Origin: Octopus sinensis
Taxonomy: Eukaryota
Assembly (NCBI RefSeq): GCF_006345805.1
Contig: NC_043004.1
Coordinates: forward strand, 102,734,001-102,798,000
Direction of reading: 5' to 3'
DNA: 64,000 bases
The notes under the pieces are model-generated. The model ran no database searches. It was given only the letters and a program-made list of their open reading frames with translations, and was not told the origin of the DNA. Positions 37,378 to 50,200 of the stretch are shown here, piece after piece. Position numbers and translations under genes: made by a program. Each line of letters starts with the position of its first letter. The stretch's first letter is position 1.

Positions 37378-38759
37378 GGATGATTACAAATTCATAAGAC
37401 AAAAAGTCAAACTAACTGATCAAAGACATTACAGAATCATGCAAAGCTTGGAACTGTAGTCACAGAAAACTCTAAAAGCACAAACAATGCCTTGTCGTTG
37501 ATTTCTTGGCCACTATCAAATATTTATTTTCTTCTTGATGGTTTTTCCAGAGTGCGTCATAAGCATGTTAATACACACTATATTGCAGCATGTATATTCT
37601 AACAGGTTGATATGAAATGTATCTAACATCAACTACCACTGGCAATAAATGATTATCTTTATACTGCTTGGGACAAGTGTTTCCATTAAACAGGACCTCT
37701 ATTTGGCTTCACAGAATATAGTGACATGTTTTTAACATGTGATGAACTAAAATTATCTCACAAAATAGCATTAAATCTGGCTACTTCTATCTGCATACAT
37801 AAAAACAGGTTTCTAATCTAGGGATGAAGAACATTTTTAAGAAAAAAAGCTCTGAGAATTTGAAATGTTATTGTAGGAAAGTGAAGTGAAATTTCTTACT
37901 TAGACAAAATAAATTTGCCAAACCAATGGTGGTACAATTTTTCCACGTGGTTACTTGACTAGATACAAAGAGCAGCCAAATTTCTCTCAATCATAACCTA
38001 TTGTCTTAAAAAATGAAAACCACATAGTATATGTAGGACTATATTATCAAATATCTGAAAAAAAAAAAAAAAGATGAGATGGTCATGACAGGAACACCTT
38101 TGTAGGCCTTTGTAACCAGAGTTGGCTTGAGGCTAAAAAAATAAATAAATAAATTTAGACTGTGACCATTTTATGCCTATCCCAAGAATATTATTAGCAA
38201 GAAACAGAAATGAATGTTGGTTTCTCATATTGATACAGAATCATCTATCTGTGGGGTAAGATCAACCATTACATGTCCAGGAATTATTGCAGACTTTAGA
38301 GGGAAGAAACAATCAATTCTATCTGATGAGATTTGAAATCGGAATGTAGAAAGGTGAAAGTAAATCATATAAAATATTTAGCTTCTGGGCTCCACCATCA
38401 CGGTCATTGCACTGCATTGGAATAAGAAATATTGATTTCAAAGTGACTCAAGGCAATAAATCTGTAAGAAAGAGGAGGCATTATCAGAAAATTTCTGGAC
38501 AGCACATGATAGTACTGTTCAACAGAAATTAGCACACAGCTGGTGATTACTAGCAGCCAGCCTATTGAGTTAATCCACAACTAGGCTTTATTACTATCTA
38601 AACATGTTGTTATCTAAGGTTTTGTATCATTTTGTGAGGATGACACCTCTGGCTAGGTAACCATGTATCTCCTTTACAGCAGCACACCTCTTTTTAACTC
38701 CAACTCTCTCTAGGTAACCATTTCTGCCCTTGTTCTTGTTAACTCTCACTCTCTTTTTC

Positions 38760-38791
<32 letters not shown>

Positions 38792-38919
38792 GCTGGGTAA
38801 CCACGGACCTCCTCTGCAGCAAGACATCTGTTTCTGCCTCTCTGTCACACTAATCTTCCATCATCTGACACAAGATCACCTCCTCCAATACCCCCTCCCC
38901 TCTCAAAGACTATTTATCT

Positions 38920-39232
38920 TGCAAAGTCACTTGGTGACCCCACTAGTGCAGGTGCCACTTAAAAAGCACCTAGTCCACACTTTAAAGTGGTTGGCATTTG
39001 AAAGAGTATCCAGCTGTAAAAACCATGCCAAAACTGACTTCACCTGTGCAAGTGCCACATAAAAAAGCAATCAGCCTACTCTACAGAGTGGTTGGTGTTA
39101 GAAAGGGCATCCATCCATAAAAACCATGCCAAAACATACTCAGAAGCATGGCGCAGACTCCTGCCTGGCCAGTTCCTGTCAAACTGTCCAACCCATGCCA
39201 GCATGGAAGGACAAATGATGATGATGATGATG
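38920..39232 (+). mobile_element. Older family B subfamily fragment
   Basis: Two AAAGTGGTTGG/AGAGTGGTTGG...CATCCA...AAACCATGCC blocks and a (TGA)n tail. Confidence 0.7.
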
Positions 39233-39257
39233 ACTCGGTCATTTTTATGTGACAAAC

Positions 39258-39830
39258 AAATCTGAGTAGTGTGTCTGCATCAAATTTTGCATAAAGCTCA
39301 TTAAATATGCTATCAAGATTTTTTAAATGTTTCATGTATTTGGCAGACATTCAGAAATCCACACGCAGGACTTTTAGTCACAGGTGTTTCAAGGTTGGTC
39401 AAGAGTCAGGGAAACCAAACATGAACAAAATGCCAGGAAATATGGAAAATAACTGTGAACTCATCCATGAAAATCACTGCTGAACAATTCATCAACTGCT
39501 TGACATGATTAGAATCAGTTATGGAGTCTACCAGGAGATTCTCACAGAACACCTGAACATGCATTGCAATTTTTAAAAGAATAGAATGGAGTCATTTCAC
39601 ACCTGCTGTATTCACTTGACCTATCCTCATATGACTTTTCTATGTTTCCCAAAAACTGAAGTTGAAGAGGGTGCCACTTCAAGACAGTAAATGAAATTGT
39701 AGGTGTGACTGGGCTTCTATGGTGCTTTTAAAGCATGGAAAATATACTGGGATCACTGGGCATTATCCTATTTGGTATAGCCCTCACTTGGGCATTATCC
39801 TATTTGATATACTCCTTCCAAGAGGATAGT
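39258..39830 (+). pseudogene. Decayed mariner transposase
   Basis: Fragments VCIKFCIKL, LIHENHC*TIHQLLDMIRISYGVYQEILTEHLNMH (HTH region) and HLLYSLDLSSYDFSMFPK (degenerate YSPDL motif); stops, frameshifts and a large internal deletion. Confidence 0.8.
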
Positions 39831-40539
39831 GCCTATATAAAATACATTATTTACTGGTATACAAGTGCACCTTTTTAGACCAGGTCTTGGATCTGTCTCA
39901 CATCCCTCATACCGTTACTAAAATCATGTCTAGTACTCACTGACCTTGAAAGAATGAAAAGTAAATTGAATTCTGTAAGAATTTTAAACCAAATTGTACA
40001 GAGAGAGAACTAAACACTGTAAAGTGAAGTTCATGATTTTGGATATATTCATATGTTGAGGAGAGGGGGTGCTGGCTCAAAGAGAATGTAAAGTTTTCTA
40101 ACAGGTTTCGTATAGTACAGGGAACCCTTGTTAAATTGTGCTAATAGAGGGGATGCCTGTTTAAGCCAATTGTCCCAGTTAAATGATGGCTGAGGTTAAT
40201 ATTGGATATGTGTAAGATGTAGAAAACACACACTGTACACTGAACATGATAAACAGTTTCAAAATTAGAGAAAATATTGTAAACATTAAATAATTATTCA
40301 AAAATTTTTATAAAATTAATTTAACATTACAGTATGTAAAAATTAAAAAGTAAATTTTGTGAAATTTTAATTTCATTTACTTGTGATAGATGTGAGATGA
40401 GGTGGCTGTGGTCACAAGCTACATATACCTAGAGTAAATAATAAGCACCAAAACAAAAAAATAATGAGGAAGTTAATGGTAGGCTGGGTTCCTTTCAAGA
40501 AGCATGGTAGTATTTTAAAATCAAACCAAGTCTGCCTCT

Positions 40540-40870
40540 AAAGAAAAATCCAAAATGAAAATCATAACACCTGTAGTCTTTTATGGATCAGAAACATGGG
40601 CCCTAACAGCAGAGATGGAGAAGAAACTGTAAAAAAGAGAAAATAGACCTGAGTAAGATACCTGGGACAGGTAGCTACTGGACAAAAGACATTGTAGAAT
40701 GGTGGTCAATGATGGAGAACTGAAAAGGAGAAAAACCATGAAAAACATGGCCAAAGAAGAGTGTCAAAAGATTCTGGATCATTGGAAACTGGCAACATCA
40801 AATGGGAGACTAAAAAGTTGGTGATGGTATGCTAAGACTTTCATCCTATCTTAGATTAATAACAGCTGAC
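40540..40870 (+). mobile_element. Old RTE LINE relic
   Basis: ITPVVFYGSETWALTAEMEKKL (YGSETW motif), followed by a decayed C-terminus. Confidence 0.65.
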
Positions 40871-41057
40871 AACACAAAACACACTTACTTGAATGTGTAT
40901 GTGTGTACATTTGGATGTACAAATAAAGGGGAAATGCATTTACTCGAAAGATATATTAAAGTTATTTGTTTGAAGCTAAAGTTTCATTCAATTGCAACAG
41001 ACAAGTAACAGTGGAGCAAAGGCAGCTTCAAATATATATATATATATATATATATAT

Positions 41058-41440
41058 TCTCTTTTTTTTTTCTCTTTTACTTGTTTCAGTCATTTGACTG
41101 CGGCCATGCTGGAGCACCGCCTTTAATCGAGCAACTCGACCCCGGGACTTATTCTTTGTAAGCCCAGTACTTATTCTATCGGTCTCTTTTGCCGAACCGC
41201 TAAGTAACGGGGACATAAGCACACCAGCATCGGTTGTCAAGCAATGCTAGGGGGACAAACACAGACACACAAACACACACATATATATATACATATATAC
41301 GACGGGCTTCTTTCAGTTTCCGTCTACCAAATCCACTCACAAGGCTTTGGTCGGCCCAAGGCTATAGTAGAGGACACTTGCCCAAGGTGCCACGCAGTGG
41401 GACTGAACCCGGAACCATGTGGTTGGTAAACAAGCTACTT
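41058..41440 (-). mobile_element. Family A SINE lacking its A-box head
   Basis: Ends at CAAGCTACTT next to (TA)n. Confidence 0.9.
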
Positions 41441-41517
41441 ATATATATATATATAATATATATATATATAACGGGAAGCTTTATGAAAATAGTCAAAAGA
41501 CGAAGGCAGGTTTACGG

Positions 41518-41893
41518 AAGTAGCTTGTTTACTAACCACATATTTCCGGGTTCAGTCCCACTGCGTGGCACCTTGGGCAAGTGTCTTCTACTATAGTCTC
41601 GGGCCGACCAAAGCCTTGTGAGTGGATTTGGTAGACAGAAACTGAAAGAAGCCCGTCGTATATATATGTCTATATATGCGTGTGTGTATCTGTGTTTGTC
41701 CCCCTAGCATTGCTTGACAACCGATGCTGGTGTGTTTATGTCCCCGTTACTTAGCGGTTCGGCAAAAGAGACCGATAGAATAACTACTGGGCTTACAAAA
41801 GAGTAAGTCCCGGGGTCGAGTTGCTCGATTAAAAGCGGTGCTCCAGCATGGCCGCAGTCAAATGACTGAAACAACTAAAAGAGTAAAAGAGAG
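41518..41893 (+). mobile_element. Family A SINE lacking its A-box head (inverted partner of 41058-41440)
   Basis: Begins at AAGTAGCTTG; full body and tail. Confidence 0.9.
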
Positions 41894-41923
41894 TATATAT
41901 ATATATATATATTCTAGCAAGAA

Positions 41924-41961
41924 CTGTCTGATGAACGGCAACGAGAAACTCAGAGTAACAG
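41924..41961 (+). ncRNA. Minimal type I hammerhead ribozyme motif (Penelope-type)
   Basis: CUGU-CUGAUGA-A-CG(GCAA)CG-A-GAAA-CUC(A)GAG-UA|ACAG; AATAAA ~30 nt downstream; the ~85-bp cassette lies between (TA)n tracts. Confidence 0.65.
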
Positions 41962-41993
41962 ATTTTGTTGAATTTTCTGCTGCTTAAAATAAA

Positions 41994-42036
<43 letters not shown>

Positions 42037-42607
42037 TAATCATTGATTCTAAAATGGCCAGAGGAGGAGGAGGAGGCAGCACATGAAGGAAGGACAACAC
42101 TGGACTTTACAAATCTGTCACACTAGTGAAACTGGTGCAGTTGAGCTTTAGTCTGGGCATTTGTAGATCAATGTCTACAAAAAGTATGAACCGGTAGGGG
42201 ATTCTAGTTCCAGAGAAGAACACGAAACATGCTTCACATAGGAACTAAGAGATGAGATACGGTTAAGAGTGATGTAACAAAGAAATGGGGTAACTGGACT
42301 CGAGCGGAGAGGGTATGAAGTAGGTATTTCATCACAACAGAGGCTAATGTAGTATAAATATAGAAAAGGCAGTGAGAAGAAACAGTGCATCTGTACGCTA
42401 GTGGGAGGAGTATGTTGGGTGATTGAATATTTGCCAATCAGATAAATGACCTCCTTTTATATGTGATGTAGAATGTTAGTGTATAATTGTGTGTTGTGTG
42501 TGTTCACACGTGCACACAAAGATAGCAAGTGACAGTTCCAATGAGCAGTATTCAATGAGTATGAAATGATAAACTCAAAAAACTTGAGAAATAAAAGAAA
42601 CAGTTAC

Positions 42608-42645
42608 TTTCCCAATAAATTTTGTTTCTGTCAAAACAATTGGGG
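42608..42645 (-). CDS. Candidate 38-nt internal exon
   Basis: TTCATCTTTGCTTTTTTCAG acceptor, AAA|GTAACT donor; open in two frames (xPIVLTETKFIGK or xPNCFDRNKIYWE). Confidence 0.25.
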
Positions 42646-43619
42646 CTGAAAAAAGCAAAGATGAATAAGGTAGATCCAAGCATTCTGGCAGGAATTTTCA
42701 GAAAATAAAAAAAAAATTTTAAAAATAAAGAAAATAAAAACGTAAGTAGCACACACCCTTCATTGGTATTTGGAAGTGTTTATAACAAAATGTTTGCCTC
42801 CTTATGTATATCTCAAATAACAGGCCAAACAAAACTATTCAAAGCTCATACATCTATCTACACAGAAGTATGTAAGGAACTTGTAGTTTGCGACAGAAAT
42901 TAATTTTAAATTGAGAATGGAAACAGAATCATTGTAAATGATATAAATAATCTCCAGTCATTGGTTGGGAGATGTTTAACATCATGTTGCAGGGTCCATC
43001 AAAGGAACTGACACTGCATTATTTGAAACATTCAATTATCAATAAATAATGTATACACTGATGTATGTATTGAATATATTTTAGCAAGGAGTAAGCAGAA
43101 AAGAAGGAGAAAAGAAAGAGAAAGAAGTAGAAAAAGAGAAGGAAGAGAGATGCATAATAATAAAAAAAAAAAGCACTAGGTTCTGGTTTTGACAATAAGG
43201 AAGTTTGAAAAGAGAAAGTATGAATGATACTGAACATAATTTTCAATATAGCTACCCAAATCTCAAAACACAGTTTTTTTTCTCTCTCTCAGTTACACCA
43301 CAGAAGTTAATACTTATGAATTCATGTTAAGTGTTATTCCTAATGACCTATCTTTCAGTCCAAAAATACCACTATCACAATTACTAATAACTGCTTTTCC
43401 TGTACAAAGCAATCAAAATGATGCCAGGCTACTACTACTACTCTCTACATATGGCTTCCATATATAACGGTAGAGTACAATGTCACTAACAGTTCAAAAA
43501 GTGGAATAAATTAGTTTGCTCTAAGGAAGAGAAGTCTAACGTTTTGACCCAAACCCTTCAACAGAGAGAGAGAGAAGTTTTAATAAGATTTCCTAGTAAC
43601 TAGTGCAATACATAGTTAT

Positions 43620-43836
43620 GTAATAATCTTTTGTACTCTAGGCACAAGGCCCAAATTTTTGATTAGATAGTCGATTAGATTGATCCCAGTATGCAACTGG
43701 TACTTAATTTATTGACCCCGAAAGGATGAAAGGTAAAGTCGACCTCAGCGGAATTTGAAATCAGAACATAAAGACATATGAAATACCGCAAAGCATTTCG
43801 CCTGGTGTGCTAATGATTCTGCCAACTTGCTGCCTT
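43620..43836 (-). mobile_element. Family C SINE
   Basis: CTGGTACTTAATTTATTGACCCCGAAAGGATGAAAGG...AAATACCGC...CTGCCAACTTGCTGCC. Confidence 0.85.
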
Positions 43837-44694
43837 ATGTTTTGTTATAATACTAACAAAAGAGGATCACTGTGAAATAGCTTTATTTTTGGTACTTTAA
43901 TTTCTCTTATCAGAGCTTAGAAAATTTAATGATTGGGGAGTGAATTTAGTAAAAGATCGATCGTGTTCACTTCCCTTCCAGATATTGTCAAAAGGTCTGG
44001 TTGGAGGAGCTGAAAATTTCTTTCAATAAGAGCAGTTTACTTTCTGAACTTGTGATGGTGACTTCAACTCTGAACATAAATGGGCACAGAAACTGCACAG
44101 TGTCAATAAGTCAAGTGAATTTGTAACAGAACATATCTTAATATCTTTGTATTACAGAAAGAGTTTTATCTAGTTTAACAAAGAGCAAAAGTTTTTATCT
44201 AGTTTAATGGGAAAAAAAAGTTAACAAATTTTAAAATGAGCAAGAAGCACATCTAGGTCAAATAAATAGCCAGTACAATAAATCATTTAAAAAGACATAT
44301 ACCCAAGGTTCTGCGCAGTGGGATTGAACCAAAGACATCTTAATTGCAAATTAAACAATACTATCTGACACACAGCCTTCTTGTAATATTATATATTACA
44401 GGGTGGTGGACTTGCAAAATCCACAGAATCACAGACAAACTATTTTGTATTATTTATTAATGAATTTCTACATTGTGAACTCAGATCCTGTCATGGTTTA
44501 CTTCCCTTTTTGCCCTTTTAGGTTTGACAAAATAAATACCAGTCAAGTACAAGGGGTCTATATAATCGATTACATCCCCTACTTTGAAGGCCTTATGCCT
44601 ACATGTAAAAAAAAAAAAACAATCATTATCTAGCTTAGAAATATTTCTGCCAATATCGGTCCAGGCCATGTCAAACTTAACAGTATACATATCT

Positions 44695-44926
44695 TTTTTC
44701 TTTATTGCCCACAAGGGGCTAAACATAGAGGGGACAAACAAAGACAGACAAAGGGATTAAGTCGATTACATTGACCCCAGTGCGTAACTGGTACTTAATT
44801 TATCGACCCCGAAAGGATGAAAGGTAAAGTCGACCTTGGCGGAATTTGAACTCAGAACGTAACAGCAGACGGAATACCGCTAAGTATTTCGCCCGGCGTG
44901 CTAACATTTCTGCCAGCTCACCGCTT
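44695..44926 (-). mobile_element. Family C SINE, full length
   Basis: Reverse-complement match to 2167-2396. Confidence 0.9.
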
Positions 44927-46543
44927 TTAACAGCGTACATATCTACCATTCACAAAGATTAAAATTGACATTTTTTTTTTAATTGTAACCCAGTTTTATG
45001 ATACTTGTGAATGGCCTTTGATAAAATAAAACCAAGGTAAAATCAGCTGTAACAGCTGCAAATATCCCTTTTGTCAAAAAGCAACTTGGTTTTCTTGGAT
45101 TAACTGCGTCATACATTGACAACTGTATTGTGTATATAGGTAATTAGTAGCTTTAAGGCTAGAGACAGTAGATTTGAGGATTTAAACAAAAGTTCACTGA
45201 AAACAATAAGACATAGTAGATTGGTATTACTAGCTGTGATAAAAATATTAAAATCTGTGTCTGAAAACAGAACTGATAAGAAGAAAATATTTATGGCTAT
45301 CTTTACTGATAACAGAAAGTCAATATCACAAGACCAAGAAGAATGACATTTCCAGTTACAATAGTCTAATGAAATTTAACAAGGTAGAGTCTGTAGCTTA
45401 TATAAAGACAAGACCCAAAGTCCAAAAGTATACACTGGAGAAGGAAACAACACCCAAATACACATGTAGTTATTTTTTACTAAAACTGCCACACAACTTA
45501 ATTACCAGTTTTTATTTTAACAACTCAGGAAGAGTGAAAGATAAAGCTTGGCTTTAACAAGATTTGAACTCTCTAACACAAGACACTGAACAAGATACCG
45601 TGAAGCTTCAAGTCCAGCTTCACTTCTTGCACTCAAAACACACTGTAAAGTGGTTGGCCTCAAATCATGTCTCACCTATTCCCTCTTCAAAATACTAACA
45701 CTCCATTGAGTCGAGGAAGCCTCCCCCCACCTCTTTTCCCTGTTCTTTCCTGTCTTGGAAGTTACTTGGTAACTTCCCTAGTGTCAGTGGTATGAAAAAA
45801 AAGCACCCAAAACACACTGTAAAGTGGTTGGCATCCAACCATAGAAACCATGCTAAAAATAACACTGAAGCTTGACACGGCCCTGCAGCTCACTGGATCA
45901 TGTCATGTCATCCACTTTCCATGCTGACATGGAAAGTGGACATTAAATGACAATGATAATGAATTATTAAGTTTAGCATGGACTATACTAAGGCAAATAA
46001 TTGTGGTGTGGGGAACCTATAAAAGAAGTAGGGATAACCTTGATAAGCTAGATGTTTACACCAACATTCTCTTCACTCTTTCATCATATGATCAGTAATC
46101 CCTGAATCACTAGACACACACACACACACACACACAATTAGTCACTTCACACCTTATTTATATTTTCAGATATCCTAGTAAATATAATCTACAAAATGAA
46201 GCGAATGAAAGTGTCTACTTAGTCACATGATGTGCTAGAAATAGCAGCTAAATTTCCCTCTTATCAAAACTAATGCTTTAAAAGAGAAAACAAGGACATT
46301 GAAGTGCTCGGAATATAAAATGACTTACTGATCAGGGTTGGGCTGACCTGAGAATAAACAGCAATTCACGAACAGGATGACAATTCTATATTAAAAGCAC
46401 AAGTGCCAGAATTGATACAAGGAAATATCTGAGTAGAAAGATACCAGTCACTATATTTTATATTTCTGATAGAAAGACGATGAAAATGTTTAAATATTTG
46501 TTGTGCAAGATTTTTTATGTGAAGTCGTGTGTTGAAACAGATA

Positions 46544-46648
46544 TTGTTATATTTCGGAATGGTCATTTTGCCAGTTTAGCCAATAAAAACACAGTGCGTG
46601 TGTTTTTATTGGCTAAACTGGCAAAATGACCATTCCGAAATATAACAA
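46544..46648. repeat. Perfect 50-bp-arm palindrome
   Basis: 46544-46593 is the exact reverse complement of 46599-46648; 5-nt loop GTGCG. Confidence 0.95.
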
Positions 46649-47172
46649 AGACGATGAAAACAAAATTAATAAAATTGAATTCTTCAGTTTATAGACTCAC
46701 TTGAACCTCAGCATAGTAGTCAACCTTTCAATAAAACTAAATATCACCATGAATTGAAATCATACAATATGAGCAACAAAAATTTTTAAGTTTGTTATTA
46801 TAATTTCAACGTTAATTGAAAAAATTTAATGAAATGTCCAACCAATTAAAATATCTATAGTACAGTACAGATAACCATCACTTGTGAGAGAGTACGGCTT
46901 AGTAATATGCATCATACTTTCAGCAGTTGTTTTAGGTGCTGGAGTAGGTGCATGCAGGCATAGATACACTCTTAGCCATTCCACAAAATCCAGCAAAACA
47001 TCCAGGGTGTGACAGCCAGAGGGAGAGTGAGTGGACTGCACCAGCACTGAGCTGATACTCACTGCAGTTGAGTAGAATGAAGCAATGTAAATCAGAGTGT
47101 CTTGCTCAAGGATATAAAATGCCACCTGGTCCAAGAACTGAATCTGGTGATCATGAGCTCAATACTCTAAAC

Positions 47173-47392
47173 CAGTGGTTTTCAACCAGGGTTCCACGGA
47201 ACCTTAGGGTTTCGCCAGTACAGTCCAGGGGTTCTGCAAGAAGTTACAAAACTGCTAAAATCGGCAGTAATTTTTAAGTCTCTTGTGCAGATATGTGTGT
47301 ATAAGACTATTAAATTATTGCACAGGGGTTCCTCGAGCCAGTGAAATGTTTCCTTGGGGGTTCTGCTCCAGCAAAAATGTTGAAAAGCACTG
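47173..47392. mobile_element. hAT (Charlie-like) MITE inserted in the head of an old minus-strand SINE
   Basis: CAGTGGTTTTCAAC...GTTGAAAAGCACTG termini; TSD CTCTAAAC/CCCTAAAC. Confidence 0.85.
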
Positions 47393-48026
47393 CCCTAAAC
47401 CCTAGCCATATGAATGCTCAATACCCTAAACCCTAGCCATATGAATGATAGCATTGTTTCCAACACAGATCACCAAGACTTACGCGTCCTCCAATTAACT
47501 CATGTGCCTTAATGTTCCTTTAGGACACGACTAAGAGGCAAACATACAAAATGTATTCAAAGACACTTCTTTTGAAATAAATTTATATAATTCTAAGAAT
47601 AAATGTGTCGCTTTGGTTTACACATGCTTTTTATTGTCTCACTTGGTGCCTGACTTCACCTACTCCTCTGTTGTTAACCAATTCACGATCCTACTGTGGT
47701 ATTACTCACTGTTTAACAACTCTATTGTTATTTATCATCAGACACGTGCACACCCACAGAACAGCTTTATTCTACAGTCTTTAAAATATCCCTGTTATAC
47801 ACAATATGTAAACTGTATTGTTAGATGTATATACCCTCTCCCACACATTATATATACATATATAAGCCAACCCAATTCATATTTATTCTGCAAAACACTT
47901 CACAGTGTGAGTCATGTTACTCAATGCCTATTTAAAAATAGGATTTTTTGGGTTATTTCAAAGTCTGTCAGAGAGAGAGAGAGATAGGTGACAAAGCCCA
48001 GGTGTTATAGGCTGTAGACAATTCTG

Positions 48027-48031
48027 GTGTG

Positions 48032-48090
<59 letters not shown>

Positions 48091-48117
48091 GTGTGTGTGT
48101 GTGTGTGTGTGTGTGTG
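48027..48117. repeat. (GT)n microsatellite
   Basis: ~90 bp of near-perfect GT repeat. Confidence 0.95.
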
Positions 48118-49544
48118 CTTCATTCGCTTATCTTTTGCAAATCTCTGTTTAAAGTATTTGAATTTCAAGTGCATCTGCCATCCTCAGTGTGGGGCTATAC
48201 AGCATAACTGGGCTGAGTTAAGGAGTAATTAATGATTTCCTTTAACAATTTCTTCAAAGAAACCCATTGCCAGCTGAATTATATCTAAAAGCATCTGTCA
48301 GCTGAAGAGGTCTTACACTATATAGAATACAATATATTCCCCGAGTACTTCAAAGATTTAATTACTTACCAGTCTGTGCTCCTGTAAATATTATTTTCTT
48401 TTTTCAGAATCCTTAACTCTATAAAAGCATGTAAAGGTAAATGGATCCTTCAATGGTTTTAATGATGAATATTCCAGACAACTTCCCTATAGACTTACAG
48501 AAAATAGCTAGCATTCCACAGATTCTTGTACCCTAAATTTAATCCTCTCCTAGAATCAGTGTGATGCCAGGTGTGACAGAATCAGACCTTTAAATTACAG
48601 GTAAAATCAATCAAAGATTTTCAAAGTTTCTGGCAACCCAATTTTACTCACAAAATTTAGGTCAACCCATTGCTGTGGTAGAAAACACTTGCCTAACGTG
48701 CCATGCAATGGCAGTAGGATCAAACTTGGAACTTCATGATTTTGAAGCAAACTTCTTAACCATTCAGTCATGCCTGAGCATGGAGGGAGAGAGAGAGAGA
48801 GACGGACAGAGACAGACAGACAGAATAGAAGAATAAGAATGGAATGAAATACAAATAATGATGGGCATCACTTCAGAAGCACCAATATCTTTGGAGATAT
48901 AGCTGCAAGCAAGCATAGAATTTAGACTTGAGCATGAAAGAGTGTCCAACTGAAAAGTAAGGTGAAGGATCAAAACACAATTAGTAACATACATTATTTT
49001 ATTTTATATTTGTTATTTCACTCGTTAAATGTGTTCAACTGCTTTGGACAATCAAGAAGGAAAAAACAAAACGGTGATGTTAAAATCATAAGACAATCCA
49101 AAAAGTGAATAAAAAGCAAAAATCAGTAATTATTCAAGAAAAAGCAATATGAGTTGGAAGCCATACAAAACGATTGCAGCCTTGTAAATTAGGGAGATGA
49201 GATGGTGAAACAATCATCCTTTAGAATAACTGTACCTTCTCCATTTAAGTACCGGTTCTCACTGGTACCCAAAGAATGAAAAAAGATATCTACAAGAAAA
49301 ACACGAAAAACAATGTATTAATATTAGCATTGTCAGTTTTCATAAATACATTGGATACTGGATTCACTGGATAATTTTTCTCTCTCACATCATGATATAT
49401 TCATCAAGTTTTATAAATGCAAAAACAATGGGCCAGCATTTAGGGAGAAACATCTGCTTGTCTTAAAAGACTTAAGTTTTACAATTCAAGTATTAGAACT
49501 GCAATACAATATGGCAGTTAGTGGAAATTTAATGAGTGCATCGG

Positions 49545-49648
49545 CTAAAAGAGGACAAGTGTGGTTTGCTTAATTAGCAAAGATAGAGACAGGAAGCTAC
49601 AGAGGGAGGAAAGAGAGAGAGACTTTATCTCCTGTATCAGTGCACAAC
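49545..49648 (-). CDS. Candidate short alternative terminal exon
   Basis: Strong acceptor TTTGACTTCAATTTTTCTCTCCTTCAG; phase 1 gives GCALIQEIKSLSLSSLCSFLSLSLLIKQTTLVLF*, phase 0 gives VVH*. Confidence 0.2.
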
Positions 49649-49939
49649 CTGAAGGAGAGAAAAATTGAAGTCAAATATAATAATGTCTTCTTTGCAGACA
49701 AATCTCATAGATAGGGATACACAAAAGTACAAAGATATCTAAATAAACACTTTGCACAAATTTAGAGCTGTTTTTTGGGCGGAATCTTATTGTAACTAAA
49801 CGAAATAAGAGAGAGGGGTGGAGTGGAAATTGATGTACGAAGGAAGTTTTACATTTCCAAAATAACATGCACTGTTATTTCACTTTTGCTGTTTAACAAC
49901 AGTCAGCAAAAAATTCTGGCTGGAATCCCCAAAGATATG

Positions 49940-50200
49940 GATATTATCTAAGCTGATTTCTTGTGGTCTACCTTCAGATCTCTTGCCAGTTGGTTTTGTC
50001 TATAAAATCTGTCCTGCTATTCTTTCGTCAGAGGTTCTACCATATTTACTGGCAGTTGCATCTGGTAGGACTCTTTGGAGGAGGTACCTGAGGACTCTAC
50101 TCTCACAGCCCTCACAGAAATAGTACAATACAAAGATGGGTGGATGGAACTGTTGACCATCAATCACAGCACATTTATGGTGTATCTCATACTGCACTTA
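49940..50200 (-). mobile_element. Old RTE LINE C-terminal relic
   Basis: ERIAGQIL*TKPTGKRSEGRPQ resembles the RTE ER...QIL...P.GKR.RGRP pattern. Confidence 0.55.
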
